64,000 nt of DNA. Source: Actinomycetota bacterium. Its GTDB lineage: Bacteria; Actinomycetota; UBA4738; HRBIN12. The stretch lies in NCBI GenBank assembly GCA_035691205.1, contig DASSJM010000090.1, positions 9,059 to 73,058 on the forward strand, in the 5' to 3' direction. The notes below the pieces were generated by a model, which saw nothing but the letters and a program-made list of their open reading frames with translations, was not told where the DNA came from and did no database searches. Of this stretch, positions 49,085 to 57,072 are shown one piece after another. The position numbers and the translations under genes are program-made. The number at the start of each line of letters is the position of its first letter. Within the stretch, counting starts at the first letter, position 1.

Positions 49085-49561
49085 CTAGCCTCCGACGATG
49101 CGGAAGCCCTCGATGTCGAGGATCGAGCCCACGCGCTCGCCGGCGGGCCTCAGCACGACCTCGACGCGCTCGCCGATCTCGAGCGGCTCGTCGTCCGGTG
49201 GCTCGAGCACGCGGTGCAGGAGCACGGCGTCCGCGCCGTCCAGCCGAACGAGCCCGAACGTCGCGGGCTCATCGAGCGGATCGCCGTCGACGTCGAAGAA
49301 CGAGATCGTGAACGAGACCAGCTCGCCGCCGGGGCCGACCTCCACCCCCGCCTCGAGCCCCGCGAAGCATCGCTCGCAGAACAGGCGCGCCGGCACGTAC
49401 GTGTACCCGCACCCGTCGCAGCGCGCGGCGAGGAGCACGCCGCGATCGCGCAGGGCCGTGAAGAACACCTCGCCCGCGACCCCCGGCGTGTAGCGATGGC
49501 GCACGGGGAGGTCGCCGGTGACGCGACGGACCTCGTCGGGTCGCGAGATCCTCTCGATCAC
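49085..49561 (-). CDS. DUF35 Zn-ribbon/OB-fold acyl-CoA-associated protein
   Basis: ORF 49085..49648 trimmed to GTG 49561, overlapping the upstream stop (GTGA). Rubredoxin-like CDGCGYTYVPARLFCERC followed by an OB fold. Confidence 0.8.
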   Translation of the reverse strand: MIERISRPDEVRRVTGDLPVRHRYTPGVAGEVFFTALRDRGVLLAARCDGCGYTYVPARLFCERCFAGLEAGVEVGPGGELVSFTISFFDVDGDPLDEPATFGLVRLDGADAVLLHRVLEPPDDEPLEIGERVEVVLRPAGERVGSILDIEGFRIVGG

Positions 49562-51273
49562 GCCGACCCCTCCCCTCCCGCGTCGCGGCGAGGCCGGAAG
49601 TACGCGATGTCGAGGATCGAGCCGGTGCGCTCCTCCTCGGGTCGCCACACGGCCTCAACGGCCATCCCGATCCTGACCTCCTCCGGAGCGATCTCGTCGA
49701 GCTTGTGGAGGAACCCGCCATCCGAGCCGTCGATCCCGATCACCGCGGGGATCTCCGGGGGGTCGAGCGGCTCCATGTCCCATCGGACGTGGCAGATCGA
49801 GAACGTCTGCACGACGCCCGTGGTCTCCGCCTCGATCCACGCGTCGGTCGGCCGGAAGCACCGCTCGCAGAACATGCGCGGCGGCACCAGCACGCGGTCG
49901 CAGCCGCGGCACTCCCGCCCGAGGATCCTGCCCTCGCGCAGCCCGTCGAGGAAGCCGCCCACCCCGACGCCCGCATCCCACGCGTACCCGGCGCCCAGGT
50001 CGTCGTCGACGGCCCCGACCGCGTCCGCGAACCCCTGGCTCGAGAGCCTGCGTCCGGGTGCCGCGGTGGGCGGCGTCGGCATCGTGGCCGCGGTCGTCGG
50101 CGGCCCGCCGTCGCGACCCATCACCACCACGGTCCCGACCTGCATCAGGTCGCCCCAGGCCTGCGCGACGCCGCGCTCGGGGGTCCCGGGGACCTGACGG
50201 GCGCCCGCCTCGCCACGGAGCTGCCAGAAGAGCTCCGCGACCTTCATCAGCCCGGCCGCCGCGATCGGGTTGCCGACACCGAGCAGCCCCCCACTCGGGC
50301 ACGAGGGCAGGTCGCCGTCGCGGTTCAAGACGCCGTCTCTGGCGGCCTCGGGGGCTTTGCCCTTATCGAACAGCAGGAGCCCCTCGAGATGGTGCAGCTC
50401 CTTGTAGTCGAACGGGTCGTACGGCTCGGCGACGTGGATCTGCTTGCGGGGCTCGGTGACCCCCGCCATGGCGTACGCCATGCGCGCGGCGTTCGCCACG
50501 TACTCGGGGTAGACCAGGTCCCGGTTGGTCCAGTACGCGGTGTCCAGGTTCCATCCCACGCCCTGGATCCACACCGGTCGGTCGGTGATCGCGCGCGCGG
50601 CCTCCTCGCTCGCCACGACGAGCGCGACGGCGCCGTCGCTGATCGGCGAGACGTCCAGGCGCTGCACCGGCCACGCGAGCGTCTCCGACGCGAGGACGTC
50701 CTCGATCGTGATGTCCGCCTGCCCCAGGAGGGCGGCCGGATGGTCGGCGGCGTTCCGCTTGTTCTTCACGGCCACCACCGCGATGTCGCGCTTGTCCAGG
50801 CCGTGGACCGTCATGTAGCGGTTCATCTCGAGCGCGAAGATCCACAGCAGGTTCGGCCCGAGGGGGCGCTCGAGCAGGTTGTCGAAGATCGTCAGGAACG
50901 CGCCCTGCGGATGCGGCTGGGTCGAGGACATCTTCTCCTCGGCCACGGCCAGGACGACGTCGGCCATCCCGCTCGCGACCGTGTAGTAGGCCTGGATCGC
51001 GGTGAACACGCCGCTGCCGCCTCCCACGTACGTCCGGATGAACGGCTTGCCGAACGCCCCCGCCCCGTCCGAGAGGTACTCGCCCTTCATGTGCACGCCG
51101 TCGAACGCATCCGGCGCGCTCGTCAGGCAGACCGCGTCCACGCGGTCGAGCCCCAGATCACAGGATGCGAGCGCCTCGCGCGAGGCCTCCCAGGCGAGCT
51201 CCTTGCCCGTCTCCTGCGCGCGCCGGACGAACCTGGTCATCCCGGCCCCGACCACCGCCACGCGCCGCGCCAT
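49558..51273 (-). CDS. Thiolase-fold (SCP-x/Ltp-like) protein fused to a C-terminal DUF35 Zn-ribbon/OB domain
   Basis: ORF 49558..52236 trimmed to ATG 51273. Thiolase-like residues 1-~390 read GGGSG where thiolases have CxSG, and GNP where they have GHP. A Pro/Thr linker follows, then DUF35 (CRGCDRVLVPPRMFCERC). An internal in-frame ATG lies at 50082. Confidence 0.8.
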   Translation of the reverse strand: MARRVAVVGAGMTRFVRRAQETGKELAWEASREALASCDLGLDRVDAVCLTSAPDAFDGVHMKGEYLSDGAGAFGKPFIRTYVGGGSGVFTAIQAYYTVASGMADVVLAVAEEKMSSTQPHPQGAFLTIFDNLLERPLGPNLLWIFALEMNRYMTVHGLDKRDIAVVAVKNKRNAADHPAALLGQADITIEDVLASETLAWPVQRLDVSPISDGAVALVVASEEAARAITDRPVWIQGVGWNLDTAYWTNRDLVYPEYVANAARMAYAMAGVTEPRKQIHVAEPYDPFDYKELHHLEGLLLFDKGKAPEAARDGVLNRDGDLPSCPSGGLLGVGNPIAAAGLMKVAELFWQLRGEAGARQVPGTPERGVAQAWGDLMQVGTVVVMGRDGGPPTTAATMPTPPTAAPGRRLSSQGFADAVGAVDDDLGAGYAWDAGVGVGGFLDGLREGRILGRECRGCDRVLVPPRMFCERCFRPTDAWIEAETTGVVQTFSICHVRWDMEPLDPPEIPAVIGIDGSDGGFLHKLDEIAPEEVRIGMAVEAVWRPEEERTGSILDIAYFRPRRDAGGEGSA

Positions 51274-51638
51274 CAGCCCGCCCCGTCCACGTACTCGATC
51301 AGCTGCAGGGCGTTCCCGTCGGGATCGGCGAACGAGCAGAACCGCGCCCGCCCCTCGACCTCCCCCACGTGGGCGTCGAACACCACGCCCCGCTCCTCCA
51401 GGAGCAGCCGCGTCGCGTCGAGGTCGTCGACCCGCAGCACCACCGTCCCGCCACCCGGTAGCCCTGGGCGCTCGCCGGCGCCGTGGAGCCCGAGCCGCAC
51501 GGGCCCCGCGTCGAACTCGGCCCAGTCGTCGCCGTCGCGCCGCACGAGCGCGAGCCCCACGACCCCGCCGTAGAAGGCGATCGCGCGCTCCATGTCGCGC
51601 GTCCAGAACCAGACATGATCCACGGTGCGTGCGCTCAT
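51273..51638 (-). CDS. VOC/glyoxalase-family protein
   Basis: C-terminal 121 aa of ORF 51273..52217, ATG 51638. Contains VDHVWFWTRDMERAIAFYGGVVGL and FADPDGNALQLIE. Coupled on both sides by overlapping stop/start codons. Confidence 0.75.
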   Translation of the reverse strand: MSARTVDHVWFWTRDMERAIAFYGGVVGLALVRRDGDDWAEFDAGPVRLGLHGAGERPGLPGGGTVVLRVDDLDATRLLLEERGVVFDAHVGEVEGRARFCSFADPDGNALQLIEYVDGAG

Positions 51639-52804
51639 CCGCCGGCCCCCTCGTCGTTGGCGACGACGACGACGGCGGCCGAGGTCGACGGCGCGCCCCG
51701 TGCCGACTGCGCGACCGCGACGTAGGTCTCGTCCACCTGCCGCTCGCCCGCCTCGCCGCGGAGCTGCTCGACGCACTCGAGGAGACGGGCGAGCCCGTTG
51801 GCCTCGAACAGGTTCCCCTGCCCGAGCGAACCTCCGGAGACGTTGACGGGCAGCTCGCCGCCGGGATCCAGCTCGCCGTCCTCCAGCAGCCCGGCGAGCT
51901 CGGCCGCCTCGCCGAGCCCGAGCGCCTCCAGGTGGAGGAGCTCCCGGTACGCGTACGTGTCGTCGACCTCGAGCAGGTCGATCTCCTCCGCGGGGTCGCG
52001 GATCTCGGCGCGCCGGTACGCCATCTCGGCCGCATGCGTGACCGGCTCGGCCTCCCCCCAGGTCCGGCTCTCGAGCGACGGAGCGCCGCTCGCCCACCCG
52101 GCGCCCAGGAGCCATACGGGGCCGTCGGAGAGGTCGCGCGCCCGCTCCTCGGCCGCCAGGACCACCACGACGCAGCCGTCGGCGCGCTGCGCGACCTCCA
52201 GCTCTCGGAGCGGCCACGAGACGGGCGCCGAGTCATCCACGTCCTCCACCGCGAGCTCCGCGGGGTAGGCGGCGCGCGGGTTGTCGAGGGCGTTCGAGCG
52301 GTTCTTCGCGGCGATCGCGGCGCAGTGCTCCTCGGTCAGCCCCGTGCGCTCGAGGAACGCGTGCATGTCCAGCCCCGCGACGGCCAGGGTGGACAGGCGC
52401 AGGGGGCGGTTCACCACCGGGTCGAGCGCGAAGGCCTCGATCCGCTCGAGCGTCCGCACGTCCGAGACCTTCGAGTGCGCTTCGACCGCCACGACCGCGG
52501 CGAGGCCCGAGCGGATCAGCATGATCCCGGTCACGACGCCGACCAGCCCGTCGGAGGACACGGTGTGCACCGGGCGCTGCATCGCGCCGAGCTGGTCCGG
52601 CACGTACTCGTCGAAGATCGAGGTGCCCTCGAGCAGGTCCTCGGAGCAGCAGACGAACGAGTCGATCTCGGTGCGAGGGTCCACGCCGGCGTCGTGGTAG
52701 GCGCGCGTCGCCGCCTCGAACATCAGCTCCTTGTAGGAGATCCCGGCGAGGATCGGTGCGAACCCCGCGTGCCCGACGCCGACGACCGCGACCCTCGGCT
52801 CCAC
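51635..52804 (-). CDS. Thiolase-fold (SCP-x/Ltp-like) protein lacking canonical Cys/His catalytic residues
   Basis: 389 aa. VAVVGVGHAGF. The nucleophile position reads VSSDG and the GHP position reads GQGNL. C-terminal EQLRGEAGERQV. Confidence 0.8.
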   Translation of the reverse strand: MEPRVAVVGVGHAGFAPILAGISYKELMFEAATRAYHDAGVDPRTEIDSFVCCSEDLLEGTSIFDEYVPDQLGAMQRPVHTVSSDGLVGVVTGIMLIRSGLAAVVAVEAHSKVSDVRTLERIEAFALDPVVNRPLRLSTLAVAGLDMHAFLERTGLTEEHCAAIAAKNRSNALDNPRAAYPAELAVEDVDDSAPVSWPLRELEVAQRADGCVVVVLAAEERARDLSDGPVWLLGAGWASGAPSLESRTWGEAEPVTHAAEMAYRRAEIRDPAEEIDLLEVDDTYAYRELLHLEALGLGEAAELAGLLEDGELDPGGELPVNVSGGSLGQGNLFEANGLARLLECVEQLRGEAGERQVDETYVAVAQSARGAPSTSAAVVVVANDEGAGG

Positions 52805-52876
52805 CCCCCTATCCTCCCACCCGCTTCCCCTGCAGGGCCAACCTCGGCCCCAGCCCCGGGGTAGGCTCGACCCGCC

Positions 52877-53878
52877 GTGACCGGATCGCCGATGCTCGAC
52901 CTGTGGCGGCGTGCGCGATGGCTGTTCCTCGCGCTCGCCTGCGCGATCGCGTACGGGGTCGCGGGGTACATGCTCCTGGAGGGCTGGTCGGTGCTCGATG
53001 CCCTCTACATGACCATCACCACCCTGACGACCGTCGGCTTCCGCGAGGTCCGCCCGCTCGGCAGCACGGGCATGGTGTTCACCCTCAGCGTGATCACGAT
53101 CGGGGTCGGCCTCGTCCTCGTCACGATCACGGTGGTCGCCCAGTGGGTCCTCGAGGGACGGTGGAGCGAACAGGCCAGGAGGAAGCGGATGCAGAGACGG
53201 ATCGACGAGCTGTCAGGTCACTTCATCGTCTGCGCATACGGGCGCGTTGGACGCGCGGTCGCCCGCGAGCTCGAGTCGGAGGGTGCACGCTTCGTGGTGA
53301 TCGACCCCGACGAGGACCTCGTCGAACGCATGACGGCGGACGGCGTGCCCTACCTGATCGAGGATCCCTCACAGGAGCCGGTGCTGCGAGACGCGGGCGT
53401 GGAACGTGCGCGCGGGCTCGTGTGCGCGGTCGACTCCGACGCCACCAACGTGTACATCACGCTCATCGCGCGCTCGATGAACCCCGATCTGTTCATCGTG
53501 GCGCGCGCCTCGGAGCCCGGCTCGGACCAGCGGTTGCGCAAGGCGGGTGCGGATCGCGTCGTCTCCCCATTCGTGAGCAGCGGTCGTCACATGGCGCTCG
53601 TCGCGCTGCGGCCGCGCGTTTCCGACGTCGTCGAGCTCGAGGCGCCGGGCACCGCGTCGATCAAGCTCGAGGAGGTGCGGATCGACGCTGGCTCGGGGCT
53701 CGTCGGCCGCACGGTGCACGAGGCGCTCGGCTCGACCCCCGTGCTCGCGATCCGCCACGCCGGGGGCCAGGTCACCGCGCACCCGTCCCCAGATCTCATG
53801 TTGCACGAGGGGGATCTCGTCCTCCTGCTGGGCGAGGCGGACCTAGCGGCCGTCCGGCGCCCGGCGCCGCTCGCGTAG
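52877..53878 (+). CDS. Two-TM K+-channel-like protein with RCK (TrkA-N/TrkA-C) domains; variant filter TTVGFRE
   Basis: 333 aa (GTG 52877; alternative ATG 52892). Pore helix and filter LYMTITTLTTVGFREV; Rossmann VCAYGRVGRAV; C-terminal TrkA-C. Confidence 0.85.
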   Translation: MTGSPMLDLWRRARWLFLALACAIAYGVAGYMLLEGWSVLDALYMTITTLTTVGFREVRPLGSTGMVFTLSVITIGVGLVLVTITVVAQWVLEGRWSEQARRKRMQRRIDELSGHFIVCAYGRVGRAVARELESEGARFVVIDPDEDLVERMTADGVPYLIEDPSQEPVLRDAGVERARGLVCAVDSDATNVYITLIARSMNPDLFIVARASEPGSDQRLRKAGADRVVSPFVSSGRHMALVALRPRVSDVVELEAPGTASIKLEEVRIDAGSGLVGRTVHEALGSTPVLAIRHAGGQVTAHPSPDLMLHEGDLVLLLGEADLAAVRRPAPLA

Positions 53879-55030
53879 CCCGCGCGGGGCCGCGCCGGTG
53901 ACCCGGTCGGCGATGCGGGCCGCGATCGGCCCCGCGATGGCGAGCAGCAGGACGTAGGTCGCCGCGAGCGGCCCGAGATCCGGCTCCGCCCCGCCCGCGA
54001 CGGCGAGCCCGGCGATCACCACGGAGAACTCGCCCCTCGCGATCAGCGCGCTGCCAGCGCGGATCCGCCCGCGACGGCCGACGCCCGCCGCTCGCGCGGC
54101 GAGCCAGCCGGTGAGGTACTTGCTCGCGGCGCCGATCGCCGCGAGCGCCGCCGCGACGGGAAGGGCCGCCGGGATCGTGCCCGGGTCGATGTTGAACCCG
54201 AAGAACAGGAAGAACACGCCGGCGAACACGTCGCGGAGCGGGACCAGGAGCGCACGGGCCCGGTCGGCCGCGGGTCCGGAGAACACGATCCCCGCCAGGA
54301 ACGCGCCCACCGCCGCCGACACGTTCAGCGCCTCGGTCGCGCCGGCCGTGAGGAGGACGAGCCCCAGGATCCCGAGCAGGAGCGCCTCGTCGGATCGGCT
54401 GAAGACGGCGCGGCTGATGCCCGAGCCCCACCGAGCGGCGACGAGGAGCACGGCGCCCACGACGAGCACCGCGACCGCGATCGAGAGACCCACGCGTGCC
54501 GCGCCGCCCCCGACGAGCAGGACCGTCGCGAGCGGCAGGAACCCGGCCATCACGAGATCCTCGAGGACCAAGATCGCGAGCACGAGCGGCGTCTCCCGGT
54601 TCCCCATCCAGCCGAGGTCGTCCAGGGTTCGCGCGATGACGCCCGACGACGAGATGTAGGTCACGCCCCCCAGGAACACCGCGGGCACGAACCCCCACCC
54701 CAACACGATCCCGCCGACGAACCCCGGCGTGAAGTTCAGGACCACGTCCGTGGCCCCGGCGACGGCCGTCGAGCGTAGCGCGTCGACGAGCTCTCGCGCC
54801 GAGTACTCGAGCCCGAGCGAGAACAGGAGCAGGAGGAGCCCGATCTCGGCGCCGGCGGCGATGAACTCCTCCGCCGTCACCAATGGGACGATCCCGCCAC
54901 TGCCGAACCCCAGACCCGCGAGCAGGTACAGGGGGATCGGCGAGAACCCGAAGCGGGTGGCGACCCGGGCGAGCACGGCCAGGAGCAGGACGACACCGCC
55001 CAGCTCGAGCAGGAACAGGGATCCGTGCAC
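53843..55030 (-). CDS. Cation:proton antiporter (CPA2/Kef-type)
   Basis: 395 aa, GTG 55030. At least 11 TM helices (IPLYLLAGLGFG, LEYS). Its 3' end overlaps the convergent channel gene by 36 nt. Confidence 0.85.
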   Translation of the reverse strand: MHGSLFLLELGGVVLLLAVLARVATRFGFSPIPLYLLAGLGFGSGGIVPLVTAEEFIAAGAEIGLLLLLFSLGLEYSARELVDALRSTAVAGATDVVLNFTPGFVGGIVLGWGFVPAVFLGGVTYISSSGVIARTLDDLGWMGNRETPLVLAILVLEDLVMAGFLPLATVLLVGGGAARVGLSIAVAVLVVGAVLLVAARWGSGISRAVFSRSDEALLLGILGLVLLTAGATEALNVSAAVGAFLAGIVFSGPAADRARALLVPLRDVFAGVFFLFFGFNIDPGTIPAALPVAAALAAIGAASKYLTGWLAARAAGVGRRGRIRAGSALIARGEFSVVIAGLAVAGGAEPDLGPLAATYVLLLAIAGPIAARIADRVTGAAPRGLRERRRAPDGR

Positions 55031-55032
55031 CC

Positions 55033-55518
55033 TCAGCCCGACCGCAGGATCAGGGCCAGGTCCTCGATCCCCCTCGGGGTTCCGACGACGACGAGCACGT
55101 CGCCCCCGGCGAGCTGGAACGTCGGTTCGGGCGCCGGATGCGCCCCGTCGGGCCGGAGCACGGCGACGATCGACACACCGGTCCTGCTCCTCGCGCCGGT
55201 GTCGCCGATCGTCCGCCCGTCGAACGGCGAGCCACCCGCGAGCGGGAGCCGGTCGACCGCGAGCCCCTCGACCCCCTGTTCGAGATCGGCCAGGTCCTTC
55301 GCCACCTGCGAGACGCCGAGCAGCTCCGCGAGGGTCCGCGCGTCCTCCGTCCCGAGCCGCACGAAATCATGCGCCGTGTCCGGATCGGCTCGTTCGTACA
55401 GGACGAGCTCGCGCTCACCGGTCCGGTGGTGGACCACGCCGAGCCGGAACCCCTCCTCGGTCGTGAACTCGTACCGCACGCCGATCCCGGGCAGCGGGAC
55501 CTCGTTCACCACGGACAT
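55033..55518 (-). CDS. TrkA-C domain regulatory subunit of the antiporter (KhtT-like)
   Basis: ORF 55033..55548, start chosen at ATG 55518. Contains LPGIGVRYEFTTEEG and a C-terminal TrkA-C (GRTIGDTGARSRTGVSIVAV). Lies 2 nt upstream of the antiporter start. Confidence 0.75.
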   Translation of the reverse strand: MSVVNEVPLPGIGVRYEFTTEEGFRLGVVHHRTGERELVLYERADPDTAHDFVRLGTEDARTLAELLGVSQVAKDLADLEQGVEGLAVDRLPLAGGSPFDGRTIGDTGARSRTGVSIVAVLRPDGAHPAPEPTFQLAGGDVLVVVGTPRGIEDLALILRSG

Positions 55519-55618
55519 GTCCTCATCTCCTGTCTCGTCGATGTCCATCGGGGCGCGGACGGACGCGGAGTCGGACCAAACCGCGCCGAGCGGATGGCCT
55601 CAGGCTCCCGACGAAGGC

Positions 55619-56257
55619 TCAGGAGCCGCCGAGGATCTTCTTCTTCTGCTCCTGGAACTCGGCCTCCGTGAGGACGCCCTCGTCGCGGAGCCTGCCCAGG
55701 CGTTCCAGCTCGGACATCGTGGAGGGCGCAGCCGGAGGCGTGCGGGTCTGCCCCTGATACATCCGCTGTTTGTTGAGCTCGCCCTGGTGGTAGATCGTCT
55801 TCTGCACGGTCTCGGGGTGGCGGATGTCCCCGAACTCCTGCCGTCCGTACTCGCTCGCCGAGCTGATGATGAGGTCCCCCGCTCCGATGACCCGCTCGAA
55901 CACGTTCTGCTGGAACCGCACGTCGTTGATCGCCTCGAGCGGGATCTCCATCGAGCGCTTCGCGATCCAGCCCTCGCGATGGATGACGCGGTCCGAGGTC
56001 ACGACGAAGTAGGACGTCACCCAGGCGATGAACTTGCGCACGGGATAGAAGATGAAGATGAACAGCGCGAGCCCGGTTCCTCCCCAGATGGTCAGGCTGC
56101 GCAGGAGGCCGTCGTCGGGAGCGAACACGAGCGCCCCGGTCCACAGCGCCACCAGCAGCACCGTCACCACGGTCGGCCCGACGAGGGCGATCCAGTGGGG
56201 ACGGAGCTCGACAACCAGCTCCTCGTCCTCGATCAGCAGGTCGCGCGGGAACGGCAC
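55619..56257 (-). CDS. Membrane bPH (DUF304/YdbS-like) domain protein with C-terminal SHOCT domain
   Basis: 212 aa from GTG 56257. Two TM helices, a PH-like core (VVTSDRVIHREG...INDVRFQQNVFERVIGAGDLII), and SHOCT (LERLGRLRDEGVLTEAEFQEQKKKIL). Confidence 0.7.
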   Translation of the reverse strand: MPFPRDLLIEDEELVVELRPHWIALVGPTVVTVLLVALWTGALVFAPDDGLLRSLTIWGGTGLALFIFIFYPVRKFIAWVTSYFVVTSDRVIHREGWIAKRSMEIPLEAINDVRFQQNVFERVIGAGDLIISSASEYGRQEFGDIRHPETVQKTIYHQGELNKQRMYQGQTRTPPAAPSTMSELERLGRLRDEGVLTEAEFQEQKKKILGGS

Positions 56258-56266
56258 GGCCGCATC

Positions 56267-57019
56267 CTACTCCAGGTGTTCGACCGCGCCGAAACGGACC
56301 ACGCGCGTATCTGCGTCGGTGCGCACCACCAGTCCTCCGCGGTCGTCGACCTCCTCCGCCACGCCCTCGACCACCTCGCCGTCGGTGGTCGTCGCGCGGA
56401 CGCGGCGCCCGAGCGTCGCGCACAGCTCCCGGTACTCGCCCAGCACCTCCTCGCCGAAGGTCGCGTCGGACGGCCGATACCCCTGCGCGAATCGGACCAG
56501 GAAGGCCTCGAGCAGCTCGGTCGCCCCGGCAGGGACCGCACCCGCATCGGGGAGGCCCGGAGGCGGCGCCCCGAGGTTCACGCCGACCCCGAGGACGACG
56601 TGCTCGAAGCGTCCCCCGGCCACCAGCGACTCGGCGAGGATCCCCGCGACCTTGCGGCCGGCGACCTGCACGTCGTTCGGCCACTTGCAGACGGCCGGCT
56701 GACCGGCGGCCTCGCGGCACGCGTGCGCGAGCGCCGTGCCCGCGAGCAGCGTGAGCAGCCCCGCGCGGTCCGGCGGCAGGTCGGGTCGGAGCACGATCGA
56801 GAACAACAGGGCGCTCCCCGGCTCGTCCCGCCACTCGCGGCGGAGCCTGCCGCGGCCCTCCGTCTGGTGACCCGCGGCGACGAGCGTCCACTCGGGGGCC
56901 CCCTCCGCTGCCAACCGCAGGGCCGTGGCCTGGGTGGAACCGGTAACCTCGTCGAACCGCACGGGGGCCTTCCGTCCCACGCGTTCGAGCGCGCGCACCA
57001 GGTCGTGTTCGGACATCAT
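56267..57019 (-). CDS. birA: Biotin--[acetyl-CoA-carboxylase] ligase (no N-terminal HTH)
   Basis: 250 aa. Contains GHQTEGRGRLRREW, KWPNDV and KVAGIL. Confidence 0.85.
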   Translation of the reverse strand: MMSEHDLVRALERVGRKAPVRFDEVTGSTQATALRLAAEGAPEWTLVAAGHQTEGRGRLRREWRDEPGSALLFSIVLRPDLPPDRAGLLTLLAGTALAHACREAAGQPAVCKWPNDVQVAGRKVAGILAESLVAGGRFEHVVLGVGVNLGAPPPGLPDAGAVPAGATELLEAFLVRFAQGYRPSDATFGEEVLGEYRELCATLGRRVRATTTDGEVVEGVAEEVDDRGGLVVRTDADTRVVRFGAVEHLE

Positions 57020-57072
57020 CGGACGTTTGACTCCCGTTCGGACGTACCCGATTATCGGCTGCCGGAGAGCCC

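Noticed and set aside
51273-52217. 314-aa ORF read as one protein, and the 892-aa ORF 49558..52236 read as one giant thiolase.
   Set aside because: The N-terminal parts are Arg/Ala/Gly-rich and overlap the 389-aa thiolase-like gene in another frame. The real products are the 121-aa VOC protein (ATG 51638) and the 571-aa thiolase-like::DUF35 fusion (ATG 51273).
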